A stretch of 64,000 nt of DNA, taken from assembly GCF_009914755.1 (NCBI RefSeq), contig NC_060935.1. One strand, given 5' to 3'. Position 1 is the stretch's first letter. Every line of letters starts with the position of its first letter. Origin of the DNA: the human T2T-CHM13v2.0 reference genome, Homo sapiens. The notes under the pieces are model-generated. The model was given only the letters and a program-made list of their open reading frames with translations. It was not told the origin of the DNA and searched no databases. A program made the translations under genes and the position numbers. Positions 14,113-34,327 of the stretch are shown here, piece after piece.

Positions 14113-14211
14113 TGTTCTGGGGGGTGGAAGGTGGAGGCTGTCAGAGGGGCAGTGCAGGGGGCTGCTGGGGTGAAGCCCCCTGTAGCAGCAGCACCCAGCC
14201 TGCTGTGGCTC

Positions 14212-14357
14212 TGCCCTCCTGGACCCCCTGTCCTCCTGGACCCCCTGCCCTCCTGGACCCTCTGCCCTCCTGGACCCCCTTCCCTCCTGGGCCCTCCTGG
14301 ACCCCCTGCCCTCCTGGATCCTCTGTCCTCCTGGACCCCCTGCCCTCCTGGACCCCC
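14212..14357. repeat. 17-bp VNTR (tgccctcctggaccccc), ~8 units
   Basis: 17-bp periodicity. Confidence 0.92.
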
Positions 14358-16685
14358 TGTCTGTGGCCCCTGCTCCCCTCCTCCTTCCCCGACACATGAC
14401 TGGACCCCCCGATCTGCAGCCGGGGTCTGGGCACTGGGGGTCCTGTGGGCCTCTCGGTGTCTGGGGACAATCACAGGTTCCCGTGCCCACACCCAGCCTC
14501 TGCTTCCAGAACACACTAGAGGGTCCCGCCATCCTGATGAGTCCACTGTCCCCGCGATGGTTTTCAGGGATGGAGAAGGCTCCCTGTCCTCCGCTGGAAC
14601 CCTGCAGCCGGGCTGACGGTACCCCACCACCCACCCAGGGGCCCCAGACCCTCCCCATCTCCACCGCCAACCCAGGCCCCGGCTGCGCACGCGGGGCCAG
14701 GCCGTGAGCTGCTGTCCCCGGATGGGGCCGCCCCGGGCTGGCCTGGCTCACTCCGTGTCACAGATATTCCCACAGAGACCCCAGCGAGACCTGCAGAACA
14801 TTACAGCAGAATGAAGGAGAGCCAGAGGAAGAGGCAGATGTGCTGGCCTGTAAACAGTCTGATTTCCAATGTAAACCAGATTCAGGCCCACGACATCAGG
14901 TAAACATCTGCATCAGAGCCCCCGGCCCCCCACCGCCCGGGAGGCCCCGGGGTCCACACGGCCGACTCTGGGACCCGTCACAGTGACCGCCGAGACATTT
15001 CGTAATTAGGCAAAATTGATCCTTGCATTCCTTCCCTAAATCCCAAATCTCTGCAATTTTACTTCTTCTCAAAAATGAAAACATTTGGCAATTAGCTGAT
15101 CCAAGTGAAAAAGGTAGAGAATGTGCTCTCAACTGGAAAATGCCAATTAAGGAAGCAGCTCTGACTTCCCACCCGCCCTGGCTAAGCTGGGAGCTTATCT
15201 TCCCCGAGAAGAATCTGCTGGGATAAGGGGGCTTGGGAAACACCGAGGGCAGGGCTGCCTCCTCAGCTTCCTCTGAGAGCAGATTAGCCGTGGCCTTGTG
15301 CCAGCAGGGCCTGGGTGCCACACAGGGTGGCAGGGGTGGCAGAGCCGGGCCCGGCTCTGGTACTGGGATTTGGGGTGGCGGGACCCAGTGGGGCACCCGC
15401 TTGTGGGCGGCACTGAGGGCGGTGACGTAGGCAGCGGGTGCCGGTGTCTGCCCCTCCATCTGGCCGGGCTCCCCACCCTGCTCCTGCAGCCCTGGACCTC
15501 AGGGCCCATTTGCGGTGCAAGGCGGCTCTTGGCCATTTTGCCCGCAGGGCCCTACCTTGGGTCTTGGGAGCTTCTGTCCCTTGCCCTCTCTTGTCCAGGT
15601 CAGCATCTCCCACTGTGGGAATCCTATGTGGCCCCATCGTCTGGACAGTGTGGGTCAGGTCACTGTGGCTGTTTTGTGATGCGTGTGTGGGCTCATCCCT
15701 CAGTGCTCAGAAGCTGCAGACACTATGGAACCGCTTTTCAGGCCCCGTGGCCGTCACCCCCGCTCTAGAGACTTGATTGCAGGGACCATGCCCGGCCGGC
15801 CTAACTGCACCCCTCACTCCAGGTGGGTGGGGGGACCCAGGCCTGCTGGCCCCTGTGGTGGTGCAGCCCAGAAGGTGTGAATCAGTTTACACTGTTCAGT
15901 GCCTGAATAAAAGTCACAGGACAAAGAGGACTTGGTTGCACAAACTACTGACATGAAATTCACATTTTGTCCTGAAGGAAACGCAAGATGAATTGAACTC
16001 ATGTTCAGTTTTTATTTCTCATTTCTCCCGCCTCAGTCTCTTCTCACGTGCACGACCTCACAGCGCTGTCACAAGGCCTGCTGGGCACACGCAGCTCATA
16101 GAGAAGTGATGGCTTCCTCCTTGCCCCCTCACCTCCCTCCTTCCCCTCTCCCCCTCACTTCGGAGCACACAGGCTGATTGTGGAGACATCTCCCAGCCAG
16201 GATGTGTCAACAGGGAATGTGCTGGGGACAGCGGGAGTTCACAGCCACCCCCGCAGGCGCCTTCCTGGAGCACGTCCACAGGCCATGTGCAGCTGCATCC
16301 CCCACGACGGCAGGGACAAGTTCCTTCCATAGGGCCCGGGTGGCCCCCAGAGCTGCACCATTTATGATCCGGTCCTTTGCAGAACGCAAGGGACAGACAC
16401 ATGAACCCTGACCTAGGTTCTTGTGCAGAAATGTTCTCTCATCGGAATAGAAAGGTATGAGTCTCAGGACTGGTTCTCTGCAAAGCAGCCATCGGCCTTT
16501 CAAGCAGAAACCATGGAGCCCCCAGAGGCTGAGTCTTCCAAGGCGCTGGGAGACTTGGCGTTTGCCTCTTTTTTAAATGCAATGACCGTTGCAGTGCATG
16601 GAATCAGAGACATGTATCTATGCGTAGAAATGAGTCTGTAAACACGATCAAGGTGTGATTTCTGTATGACAATGCAGTTGGATCA

Positions 16686-17045
<360 letters not shown>

Positions 17046-18573
17046 TCACTCTGGAAAAAGAGGAGGGACCCCACCCAAATGTGGTTCCTCCGTCAACCCT
17101 GAAGACGCCCCCACACACCGGGACGAGATGAAAGGGTCTGGTACTTACCTAGCTGGGCTTTCACGGGGTGCACGGTGGCTTCAGGAAGGGAGCTGGCGTG
17201 GGGCTCTTCTTATGCCTCGGGGGTGGGGTGATGGCCTCACATGGGCAGGAGCCTGCAGGGCTTGAGCCTCTCACTGGCACCAAAGACACCTGCCCTGCTG
17301 TGGGGCACATGGGAAGAGGGATGGGTGAGGTGTCAAAGCAGTGAGCCGTCAAACATCATAAAAACGGAGTCAGGCTCTTTATTGCAGGAAACAATTTGCG
17401 GCTTTCTGTGCAGAGAGCAGGGGGGATTTGAGGTGGGCTTTGTAGAGTGAGGGAGTTCACCAGATTGACAGTGTGGGCTGGGTCACCCTGTGCAAAGCAG
17501 CGATTTCCATGTTGCCCCTGAGAGAATGTTTTCCTGTGATCTCCAGCATCGAGATTTAAAAATTATCATGTTCATAGTCTGATGATAAAACATTAATTTT
17601 TAGGAAGGCAGAGGACCTGCCTGCTTTTCCTGATAAGACCTCGTTCCATTGCCCTAGGTCAGGCATGGATTATTAACTCTCAGGGTTTTGGGGGACCAGC
17701 AGCCACAGATGTGGAGTCCTGGGGAAAGGGCGACAGCCTCCTCTGCCTCCGGGGCTTTGTCCTTCAGTGACTTGACGCCCGCAAGAGTGGATGCTAATTC
17801 TCACCGTCCCCATGAAATCCCTGCTGACGCATGCTGCCCAGGAGACATCTCCACAATCAGCCTGCCTGCTGGAGAGAGGAAGGAGGGAAGCGAGGGTGCA
17901 AGGAGGAAGCCAGCCCTTCTCTGTGAGCTGCATGTGCCCAGCATGCCTCATGACAGCCCTGTGAGGTGAGAGGAGACTAAGGCGGGAGAAATGAGAAGCT
18001 TGCCCGAGTCACGCAACCGAAGCACAGAGCCAGGGTCTGGCGCCCTGAGAGGTCCTGGGTGCATTGGATGCTGTGCACGTACTTCAGCAAAGAGGCAGGA
18101 TGTTGTCATCTTCCTTCGGAGCCAGTAACATTTTCTGCTGCCAGCAAGGAAAGAACACTGGATCACGCGCCTCCATGCAGGCAGGGTCCTTCAGTGGCGC
18201 TGATCCTGAGCCCAGCCCTCTCGTGGTCTGTGCTGACGCCAGGGCCTCTCGTTGGAAGGCCTCGTGCTCCACAGTTCCCCCACAAAGGGGAGGATGCTGA
18301 ACTCTTTACCTGTAATTCTGGCCTCGAAGCAGCTGTTTTCTGCCTGGCTTCTCACCCCAGCCATGCACAGTGGAGGTGTCAGCAAATCCCTGGAGAGAAA
18401 GCCCGGGGGACACAGGGTTCCTTTCTCTGAGGCTCCCTTTCCCTGGGATCACAGTAGCTGAGTCGGGGTCTCCAGAGAAACAGAACTGGGGGTAGGGGGG
18501 TGCATAAAGTGAGAAGGAGATTTATTATAAGGCGGGGACTCATGGGGTAATGGAGGCTGCAAGTCCAGCATCT

Positions 18574-20474
18574 GCAGTGTGGGCAGTGTGGGCAGTGTGG
18601 GCAGTGTGGGCAGTGTGGGCAGTGTGGATAGTGTGGATAGTGTGGATAGTGTGGGTAGTGTGGGTAGTGTGGGCAGTGTGGGCAGTGTGGGCAGTGTGGG
18701 CAGTGTGGGCAGTGTGGGCAGTGTGGATAGTGTGGATAGTGTGGGTAGTGTGGGTAGTGTGGGTAGTGTGGGCAGTGTGGGCAGTGTGGGCAGTGTGGGC
18801 AGTGTGGGCAGTGTGGGCAGTGTGGATAGTGTGGATAGTGTGGGTAGTGTGGATAGTGTGGGTAGTGTGGGTAGTGTGGGTAGTGTGGGCAGTGTGGGCA
18901 GTGTGGGCAGTGTGGGTAGTGTGGATAGTGTGGGTAGTGTGGGTAGTGTGGGTAGTGTGGGTAGTGTGGGTAGTGTGGGCAGTGTGGGCAGTGTGGGCAG
19001 TGTGGGCAGTGTGGGCAGTGTGGGCAGTGTGGATAGTGTGGATAGTGTGGGTAGTGTGGATAGTGTGGGTAGTGTGGGTAGTGTGGGTAGTGTGGGCAGT
19101 GTGGGCAGTGTGGGCAGTGTGGGCAGTGTGGGCAGTGTGGATAGTGTGGGTAGTGTGGGTAGTGTGGGCAGTGTGGGTAGTGTGGGTAGTGTGGGCAGTG
19201 TGGGTAGTGTGGGCAGTGTGGGTAGTGTGGATAGTGTGGGTAGTGTGGGTAGTGTGGGTAGTGTGGATAGTGTGGGTAGTGTGGGTAGTGTGGATAGTGT
19301 GGGTAGTGTGGGTAGTGTGGGTAGTGTGGATAGTGTGGGTAGTGTGGGTAGTGTGGGTAGTGTGGGCAGTGTGGGTAGTGTGGGTAGTGTGGGCAGTGTG
19401 GGTAGTGTGGATAGTGTGGGTAGTGTGGGTAGTGTGGGTAGTGTGGATAGTGTGGGTAGTGTGGGTAGTGTGGGTAGTGTGGGCAGTGTGGGTAGTGTGG
19501 GTAGTGTGGGCAGTGTGGGTAGTGTGGGCAGTGTGGGTAGTGTGGATAGTGTGGGTAGTGTGGGTAGTGTGGGTAGTGTGGATAGTGTGGGTAGTGTGGG
19601 TAGTGTGGATAGTGTGGGTAGTGTGGGTAGTGTGGGTAGTGTGGATAGTGTGGGTAGTGTGGGTAGTGTGGGTAGTGTGGATAGTGTGGGTAGTGTGGGT
19701 AGTGTGGGTAGTGTGGATAGTGTGGGTAGTGTGGGTAGTGTGGATAGTGTGGGTAGTGTGGGTAGTGTGGGTGGTGTGGGCAGTGTGGATGGTGTGGGTA
19801 GTGTGGGTAACATGGGCAGTGTGGGTAGTGTGGGTAGTGTGGATAGTGTGGGTAGTGTGGGTAGTGTGGATAGTGTGGGTGGTGTGGGTACTGTGGGTAG
19901 CGTGGATAGTGTGGGCAGTGTGGGTAACGTGGGCAGTGCGGGCAGTGTGGGTAGTGTGGATAGTGTGGGTAGTGTGGATAGTGTGGGCAGTGTGGGTAAT
20001 GTGGGCAGTGTGGGTAGTGTGGGTAGTGTGGATAGAGTGGGTGGTGTGGGTAGTGTGGATAGTGTAGGTAGTGTGGGTAGTGTGGGCAGTGTGGGCAGTG
20101 CAGGCAGTGTGGGTAGTGTGGGCAGTGTGGGTAGTGTGGGTGGTGTGGGTAGTGTGGATAGTGTGGGCAGTGTGGGTAATGTGGGCAGTGTGGGTAGTGT
20201 GGGTAGTGTGGATAGAGTGGGTGGTGTGGGTAGTGTGGATAGTGTAGGTAGTGTGGGTAGTGTGGGCAGTGTGGGCAGTGCAGGCAGTGTGGGCAGTGCG
20301 GGCAGTGTGGGTAGTGTGGATAGTGTGGGTAGTGTGGATAGTGTGGGCAGTGTGGGTAATGTGGGCAGTGTGGGTAGTGTGGGTAGTGTGGATAGAGTGG
20401 GTGGTGTGGGTAGTGTGGATAGTGTAGGTAGTGTGGGTAGTGTGGGCAGTGTGGGCAGTGCAGGCAGTGTGGGT
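18574..20474. repeat. 9-bp VNTR (agtgtgggt/agtgtgggc/agtgtggat), ~210 units
   Basis: Uninterrupted 9-bp phase over ~1.9 kb. Confidence 0.98.
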
Positions 20475-20651
20475 TGGCCAGCTGCAGACCCAGCAGAGTC
20501 CGTGGAGCGGATGAAGTCCCAAGGCCGTCCGCTGGAGAATCTCTCTTGCTCAGGAAGGCTGGCTTTCTGCTGTATTCAAGACTTTAACTGATCGGAAGAG
20601 GCCACCCACATTACAGAAGGCAACATGCTTCACCCAAAGTTCATCCATTTA

Positions 20652-21015
<364 letters not shown>

Positions 21016-21214
21016 TTAATCATCATAAGAGAGCTGACATTCATTTTTTAATATTCAAAATAGGATCTTGCAACAAGACAGTCAGCTGGAAAGCTAGGCT
21101 TGTCGAGAGAGGCAGACAGAGAGAAAGAGAGAAACAGAGAGAAAGACAGAGAGGACTTGCTAAGTTCCTTCATCCTATCCAGAAGCAAACCCGGGAGACT
21201 TCGCCCATAGCTGC

Positions 21215-23745
21215 TGTGAGCGTTCGTGGGCAAATGCTTTCATTTCTCTTGCTAAATACCTAGGTGTAGAATTGGTCATATGGAAAGCGTGGACCTCACC
21301 GTTTAAGAACCCACCAAACTGTTTTTCAAAGCGGTTGCGTCGTTTAAAATCCCCTCCTCATACTGTATATTTTGTTCTGCTGACCCGTTTGTCTCTCTTG
21401 ACACCAATCCCCTTCTGTCTCCATGACTGTAGCCTCACGGCGAGTCTTGAAATCACAGATCTTTGGTCCTCCAACTGTTTTCTCTTTTTCAAGATTCTTT
21501 TGGTTATTCTAGGTCCTCTGCATGTCCTTATATTTTTTATAATCAACATGGGAATTTCTCTTAAGAGAAAAGAAGCGCTTCTGGGATTCTGATTGCAATG
21601 GTACTGAATTCATTAACCCATTTGGGAAGACGTGGCATCCCGTCAATATCAAGAGTTTGACCCGTGAACGTGGTGCGCACCTCCATTTATTTCATTCACC
21701 TTGACTTTCTCCCAGCCGTGCTCTTAGCATATCTCGTACATCTTTTGTGAGATTTATTCGTAAGGATTCATGTTCTCTCTGTAATTTTAAATGGCATTTG
21801 AGTTCAATTTCTGCTGTAATACAGAAATGCAATTGATTTTTAGTGGCCTCATGAAGATAAAACTCATATCACACACTTCACCCACTTCAAGTACACAATT
21901 CGGTGGTTTTTCATATATTCGCAGAGTTGTCCAGCCGTCACCATGCTCTAACCACCATCACAATGTAATTCTAGAACATTTTTATCACCTCAAAGAAGCC
22001 ATACCCATCAGCAGTCACTCCCTACTCCTCCCGCTGAGCTTCTCCGCTGGCCTTGGCCACCACTGATCTCTCCTCCCTCTCTGCGGCTTTGCCTCTGCTG
22101 AATACAAATCGGGTTCTGCTATGTTCATCCTTCTGTGTCTGGCCTCTTTCACTTAGCGCAAGGTTTCAAGGTTCATGCACGTCATGGTGACCAGAACTTC
22201 ATTTCTTTTTATAGCTGAGAAATACCCCATTGTGTGGCTAGTCTGCGTTTTGTGAAACCATTTATTGGTGCTGGGACACATGGGCTGCTCCCTCCATGTG
22301 GCTATTAGAACAATGCCATGGTGGACATTTGTGCACATGTTTTTGTGTGGACACGTTTTCATTTTTCTTGGGCGGAGTAGAATTGCTAAATCATAGGATA
22401 CATCTATGTTTAACATTTTGAGGAACTGCCAAACTGTTCTCCAAGGCGATTAAATCATGTTGTGTTCCCGCCAACAACATAGGAGTGTTCGAACTTATCC
22501 ACGTCCTCACTAACACGGATTATCGGCCTCACTGACGCTGTTCCAGAGACAGTGTGGAATGATGCCTCACTGTGAGTGTGTTTTGTGCTTCCCTAATGAG
22601 TAGTGACATGCCACACCTTTTCCTGTGCTATTTGCCATTTGTATCTCTTCTTTGGAGACATGTCTATCATTTTTTAAATGGGGTTAATTATCCCTTTATT
22701 ACTGACTACTGATTTTGTATACTGATCTTATAGCCTACTATTTTGCTTAAGTCACTCATTAGTTCTAGTAGCTTTCTAGAAGATTCTGTTAGATTTTCTA
22801 CAGGGATGGCCATGACCCTGTCTTACTTCTTCCTCTGCAATCTATGTTTTGTTTTGTTTTGTTTTCCTTTCCGTGCCTCATTGCACCAACTAGAATAGAG
22901 ACGCTTTGAGTAGGCACTGCTGCTGGTTCCTTCTCTTGGGGGAAAGCGGGCAATCTTCTGCTAGGAAGCAAGATGCCTGCTGCATCTGCTTCGGAGACGC
23001 CCCTTTATCAGACTGGGAACATTCCCTTGTGCTCTCATTTGGCTTGAGTTTTTATTATAAATGCATAACGGATATCAGATTTTTTTCTGTGTCTATGGAG
23101 ATGATCATATGGCTTTTCTTTTTTAGCTTGTGAATGTGGTGAAATGCACTGATCTTTCAAATATTCAGTTGATCTTGCGTTACTGGGATAAACTCCACGT
23201 TGTCATCATGTATTATTATTGTACATATTACTGTATCCAGTTTGCTAAATGTTTGCCTCTATGTTCATGAGGGGTATTGGCCTGTAGTTCTCTTGTGATA
23301 TCTTTGTTTGGTTTTGGTATCAGGATAAGCCTCGTAGAATGTGTTAGGAAATGTTCTCTGGTCTTCGGTTTCCTGGAAAAAGTTGTACAGAGTCAGGATT
23401 CTCTATTTGTTGACTGCTGGGTGAAATTTACCAGTGAAACAATTTGACCTGTCATTTCCTTTGTCGGAAGGTTTTTGAACTACAAGTTTAATTTTCTTAA
23501 CAAATACAGGGCTCTTTGGTTTATCTATTTTTTTAGTGACTTTAATAATTCGTGTCTTTCAAAAAAATGTATCCATCACATCTGAGTTGTCAGATTTATT
23601 GACCTGAATGTTCTGAATAGTCCCTTTCATCCTTTTACATATTTATAGAATCTCCTTCTTTCCCAATCTTGCTAATTTGTGCAGTCTCTCTCTTTAGTGA
23701 TTAGACAGGGGAAAGATTAATCAATTTTATGGATTTTCTGAAATC
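21215..23745 (-). mobile_element. Old L1M fragments
   Basis: T-rich reverse L1 ORF2/3'UTR motifs (tttgaggaactgccaaactg, ctgggataaactccac). Confidence 0.7.
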
Positions 23746-24489
23746 ATGTGTGCAGAGCAGCCACGGGATAGCACGGCCTCTGCACGCTGTGGGGTGTTCA
23801 TCAGCTGGACAGGCAGCTGCCACCTGGACAGAGTGAAACCCACCGCCTGAGTTCTGGAGTAATTGTCCCAAGGAGGACCTTTCCACTCTGGGTTGTCCTG
23901 GAAAGAGGCTGCTCCTCGTCTAGGAAGTGAGGTCCCGGGCAAAGACCTCAGTGGGAGGGAGGAGACATGATCTTCCTGAGTCTCAGCCCCAAGGCACCAG
24001 CCTGGATCCCTCGGTGTGCTGCCCAGAGCTCGTCAGGCACTGATGAGGATTGAGAGGAGGGCAGGGGGGAGCACCCACGTACGACAGGACACACACACAC
24101 ACACACACATTCCCCTCCTGAGACATTTGCATCCAGGGAACATGCAGGCAATTCCTTGTTTGTGCAACTAAAACTCCAGAGTCCCCCAAAGTGAAAACAG
24201 CAGGCGGCTCCGAAGTGAACTGCAACTACCACCTCTTCCGAGACAGAAAACGCTCAGTACTGGGAGGACAGGGTTTCCAGATTTTTCTTCCCCAAGTAGG
24301 TTCCAAAAATACCAAGGCACTGAGTTTCAGCCAGGGCACGCCTCGCACCTGGCCTGGTCCCGGGGATCAGGATGCACTCTCCGCACGGAGCCCTCTTCTT
24401 GGTGGCCTCTGCGGCCTCTGCAACGGAGCTTGTCCTGGGACAACAAAGGTCTTAATCTGGCAGCTCCTCAAATGACCAGCCCTGGGAAG

Positions 24490-26935
<2,446 letters not shown>

Positions 26936-26994
26936 CTAGTTTTTTTCAGTTTTCATTTATCTGTTGAAATTCCTCACCTGTTAATGCATATTGA

Positions 26995-27320
<326 letters not shown>

Positions 27321-27646
27321 CTGTGAGTTATTTTAAAGTCCCTGTGCAACAGTGTCAACATTGGAGTCATCTCAAAGTTGGATTCTATTAATTGTTTTAT
27401 CACATGGCCATGGTTCATTTTACCTTCCTTCCTTGCTATCTCATAAATTTTAATTGAATTTCAGACACTGTGTCCAGAGAATAATAGAGACGGAGGCAGG
27501 TAGCCTTTATGCCCCAGATGGCTTTGGATCCCCTTCTTCTGGGTATGAATGTGGGATCTGTGCCAGCCTGGGCCATGGGTGGGCCGGGTCAGGGTGAGGT
27601 GTGGCCGCCATTACCTCAGGGCGTCAGAGACTGCGAGGCCTCCTAG

Positions 27647-28000
<354 letters not shown>

Positions 28001-28199
28001 CAGGGAGGGTTTCCTCAGTGCCCCTACAGCTCCATTGCAGCAGGCCCTTCATGCCTGAACCACAGAGGTGGTTTTCTCCATGTTCTTGCCCCTTCGTTCA
28101 TTTTACGCAACAGATATCTATTGAGCAACTGCCATGTGCCAGACACTGAGCTCAAGTATGGTTTATTCTAGCGAGGCAGGAAGAGCAGTGGGTCTATTT

Positions 28200-32330
<4,131 letters not shown>

Positions 32331-33805
32331 CGAGCTTGATAAAGAGAATATACATTGTATGCTGCCTTTTGAATAAAAAAAAAATTAGACATGCAGGTAT
32401 TCCGTTATTGTTGCAAACAGAAACCACGGGAAGAAGGAGACAGAACTCATGGACTCGGTGAGTGGAGAACAGAAAGTTTGAGCGTCTGAGGTTACTTAAC
32501 GATTTCACATTTAAAAATTATTTAAATTAAGTAAAAAAGGATACAGAACACATAAATGGAACACAAGAAAACAAACAAATGGGCATTTTCAACGCATAAA
32601 TGTTTAGGAGTGGAGACCGACCAAGAGCCGCCTTGCACCGCAAATGGGCCCTGAGGTCCAGGGCTGCAGGAGCAGGGTGGGGAGCCCGGCCAGATGGAGG
32701 GGCAGACACCGGCACCCGCTGCCTACGTCACCGCCCTCAGTGCTGCCCACAAGCGGGTGCCCCACTGGGTCCCGCCACCCCAAATCCCAGTGCCGGAGCG
32801 GGGCCCGGCTCTGCCACCCGCTGCCACCCGGTGTGGCACCCAGGCCCTGCTGGCACAAGGCCACGGCTAATCTGCTCTCAGAGGAAGCTGAGGAGGTGAG
32901 GAGGCAGCCCTGCCCTCGGTGTTTCCCAAGCCCCCTTATCCCAGCAGATTCTTCTCGGGGAAGATAAGCTCCCAGCTTAGCCAGGGCGGGTGGGAAGTCA
33001 GAGCTGCTTCCTTAATTGGCATTTTCCAGTTGAGAGCACATTCTCTACCTTTTTCACTTGGATCAGCTAATTGCCAAATGTTTTCATTTTTGAGAAGAAG
33101 TAAAATTGCAGAGATTTGGGATTTAGGGAAGGAATGCAAGGATCAATTTTGCCTAATTACGAAATGTCTCGGCGGTCACTGTGACGGGTCCCAGAGTCGG
33201 CCGTGTGGACCCCGGGGCCTCCCGGGCGGTGGGGGGCCGGGGGCTCTGATGCAGATGTTTACCTGATGTCGTGGGCCTGAATCTGGTTTACATTGGAAAT
33301 CAGACTGTTTACAGGCCAGCACATCTGCCTCTTCCTCTGGCTCTCCTTCATTCTGCTGTAATGTTCTGCAGGTCTCGCTGGGGTCTCTGTGGGAATATCT
33401 GTGACACGGAGTGAGCCAGGCCAGCCCGGGGCGGCCCCATCCGGGGACAGCAGCTCACGGCCTGGCCCCGCGTGCGCAGCCGGGGCCTGGGTTGGCGGTG
33501 GAGATGGGGAGGGTCTGGGGGCCCCTGGGTGGGTGGTGGGGGTACCGTCAGCCCGGCTGCAGGGTTCCAGCGGAGGACAGGGAGCCTTCTCCATCCCTGA
33601 AAACCATCGCGGGGACAGTGGACTCATCAGGATGGCGGGACCCTCTAGTGTGTTCTGGAAGCAGAGGCTGGGTGTGGGCACGGGAACCTGTGATTGTCCC
33701 CAGACACCGAGAGGCCCACAGGACCCCCAGTGCCCAGACCCCGGCTGCAGATCGGGGGGTCCAGTCATGTGTCAGGGAAGGAGGAGGGGAGCAGGGGTCA
33801 CAGAC

Positions 33806-34132
33806 AGGGGGTCCAGGAGGGCAGAGGACCCAGGAGGACAGAGGATCCAGGAGGGCAGGGGGTCCAGGAGGGCCCAGGAGGGCAGGGGGTCCAGGAGGAC
33901 AGGGGGTCCCGGAGGGCAGAGGGTCCTGGAGGGCAGGGGGTCCAGGAGGGCAGGGGGTCCAGGAGGGCAGGGGGTCCAGGAGGGCAGAGGGTCCTGGAGG
34001 GCAGGGGGTCCAGGAGGGCAGGGGGTCCAGGAGGGCAGAGGGTCCTGGAGGGCAGGGGGTCCAGGAGGGCAGGGGGTCCAGGAGGGCCCAGGAGGGAAGG
34101 GGGTCCAGGAGGACAGGGGGTCCAGGAGGGCA
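33806..34132. repeat. 17-bp VNTR (gggggtccaggagggca), ~19 units
   Basis: Reverse complement of 14212-14357, expanded. Confidence 0.92.
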
Positions 34133-34231
34133 GAGCCACAGCAGGCTGGGTGCTGCTGCTACAGGGGGCTTCACCCCAGCAGCCCCCTGCACTGCCCCTC
34201 TGACAGCCTCCACCTTTGACCCCCCAGAACA

Positions 34232-34327
34232 ATGGGCTGCTGTGGCGGCTCTGGAGGCTGCGGCCCCAGTCATGGGGCCTGCGGCTGCCATGGGCTGAGA
34301 CCCTGCTGCTCTTCGTGGAGACACTGA
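34232..34327 (+). pseudogene. Degenerate KRTAP5 gene head (31-codon ORF), arm B copy
   Basis: atgggctgctgtggcggctctggaggctgcggc vs KRTAP5-6 atgggctgctgtggctgctctggaggctgtggc (31/33 identical), similar 5' UTR, early TGA at 34325, no TATA upstream. Confidence 0.75.

Larger units (their letters stand above)
8878..15532 (+). repeat. Inverted segmental duplication, arm A
   Basis: Reverse complement of 32621-~40115; paired ORFs translate identically or nearly so (13172 vs 34984, 11557 vs 37020, 15023 vs 32936); inner end ...cggctcttgg (15532) pairs with ccaagagccg (32621). Confidence 0.97.
13230..15930 (+). ncRNA. FAM99A: Probable lncRNA FAM99A (boundaries approximate)
   Basis: Named from locus knowledge: an inverted paralogous lncRNA pair lies next to KRTAP5-6. 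Sequence support is limited to the duplication itself, candidate donors (cagGTAAC ~13796, cagGTAAAC ~14900) and AATAAA at 15906. Confidence 0.55.

Noticed and set aside
18449-20591. Long ORFs of 454-670 aa ((VGS)n, (TLP)n, (HTT)n, (VWV)n)
   Set aside because: By-product of a stop-free 9-bp repeat inside an LTR; no promoter or splice support
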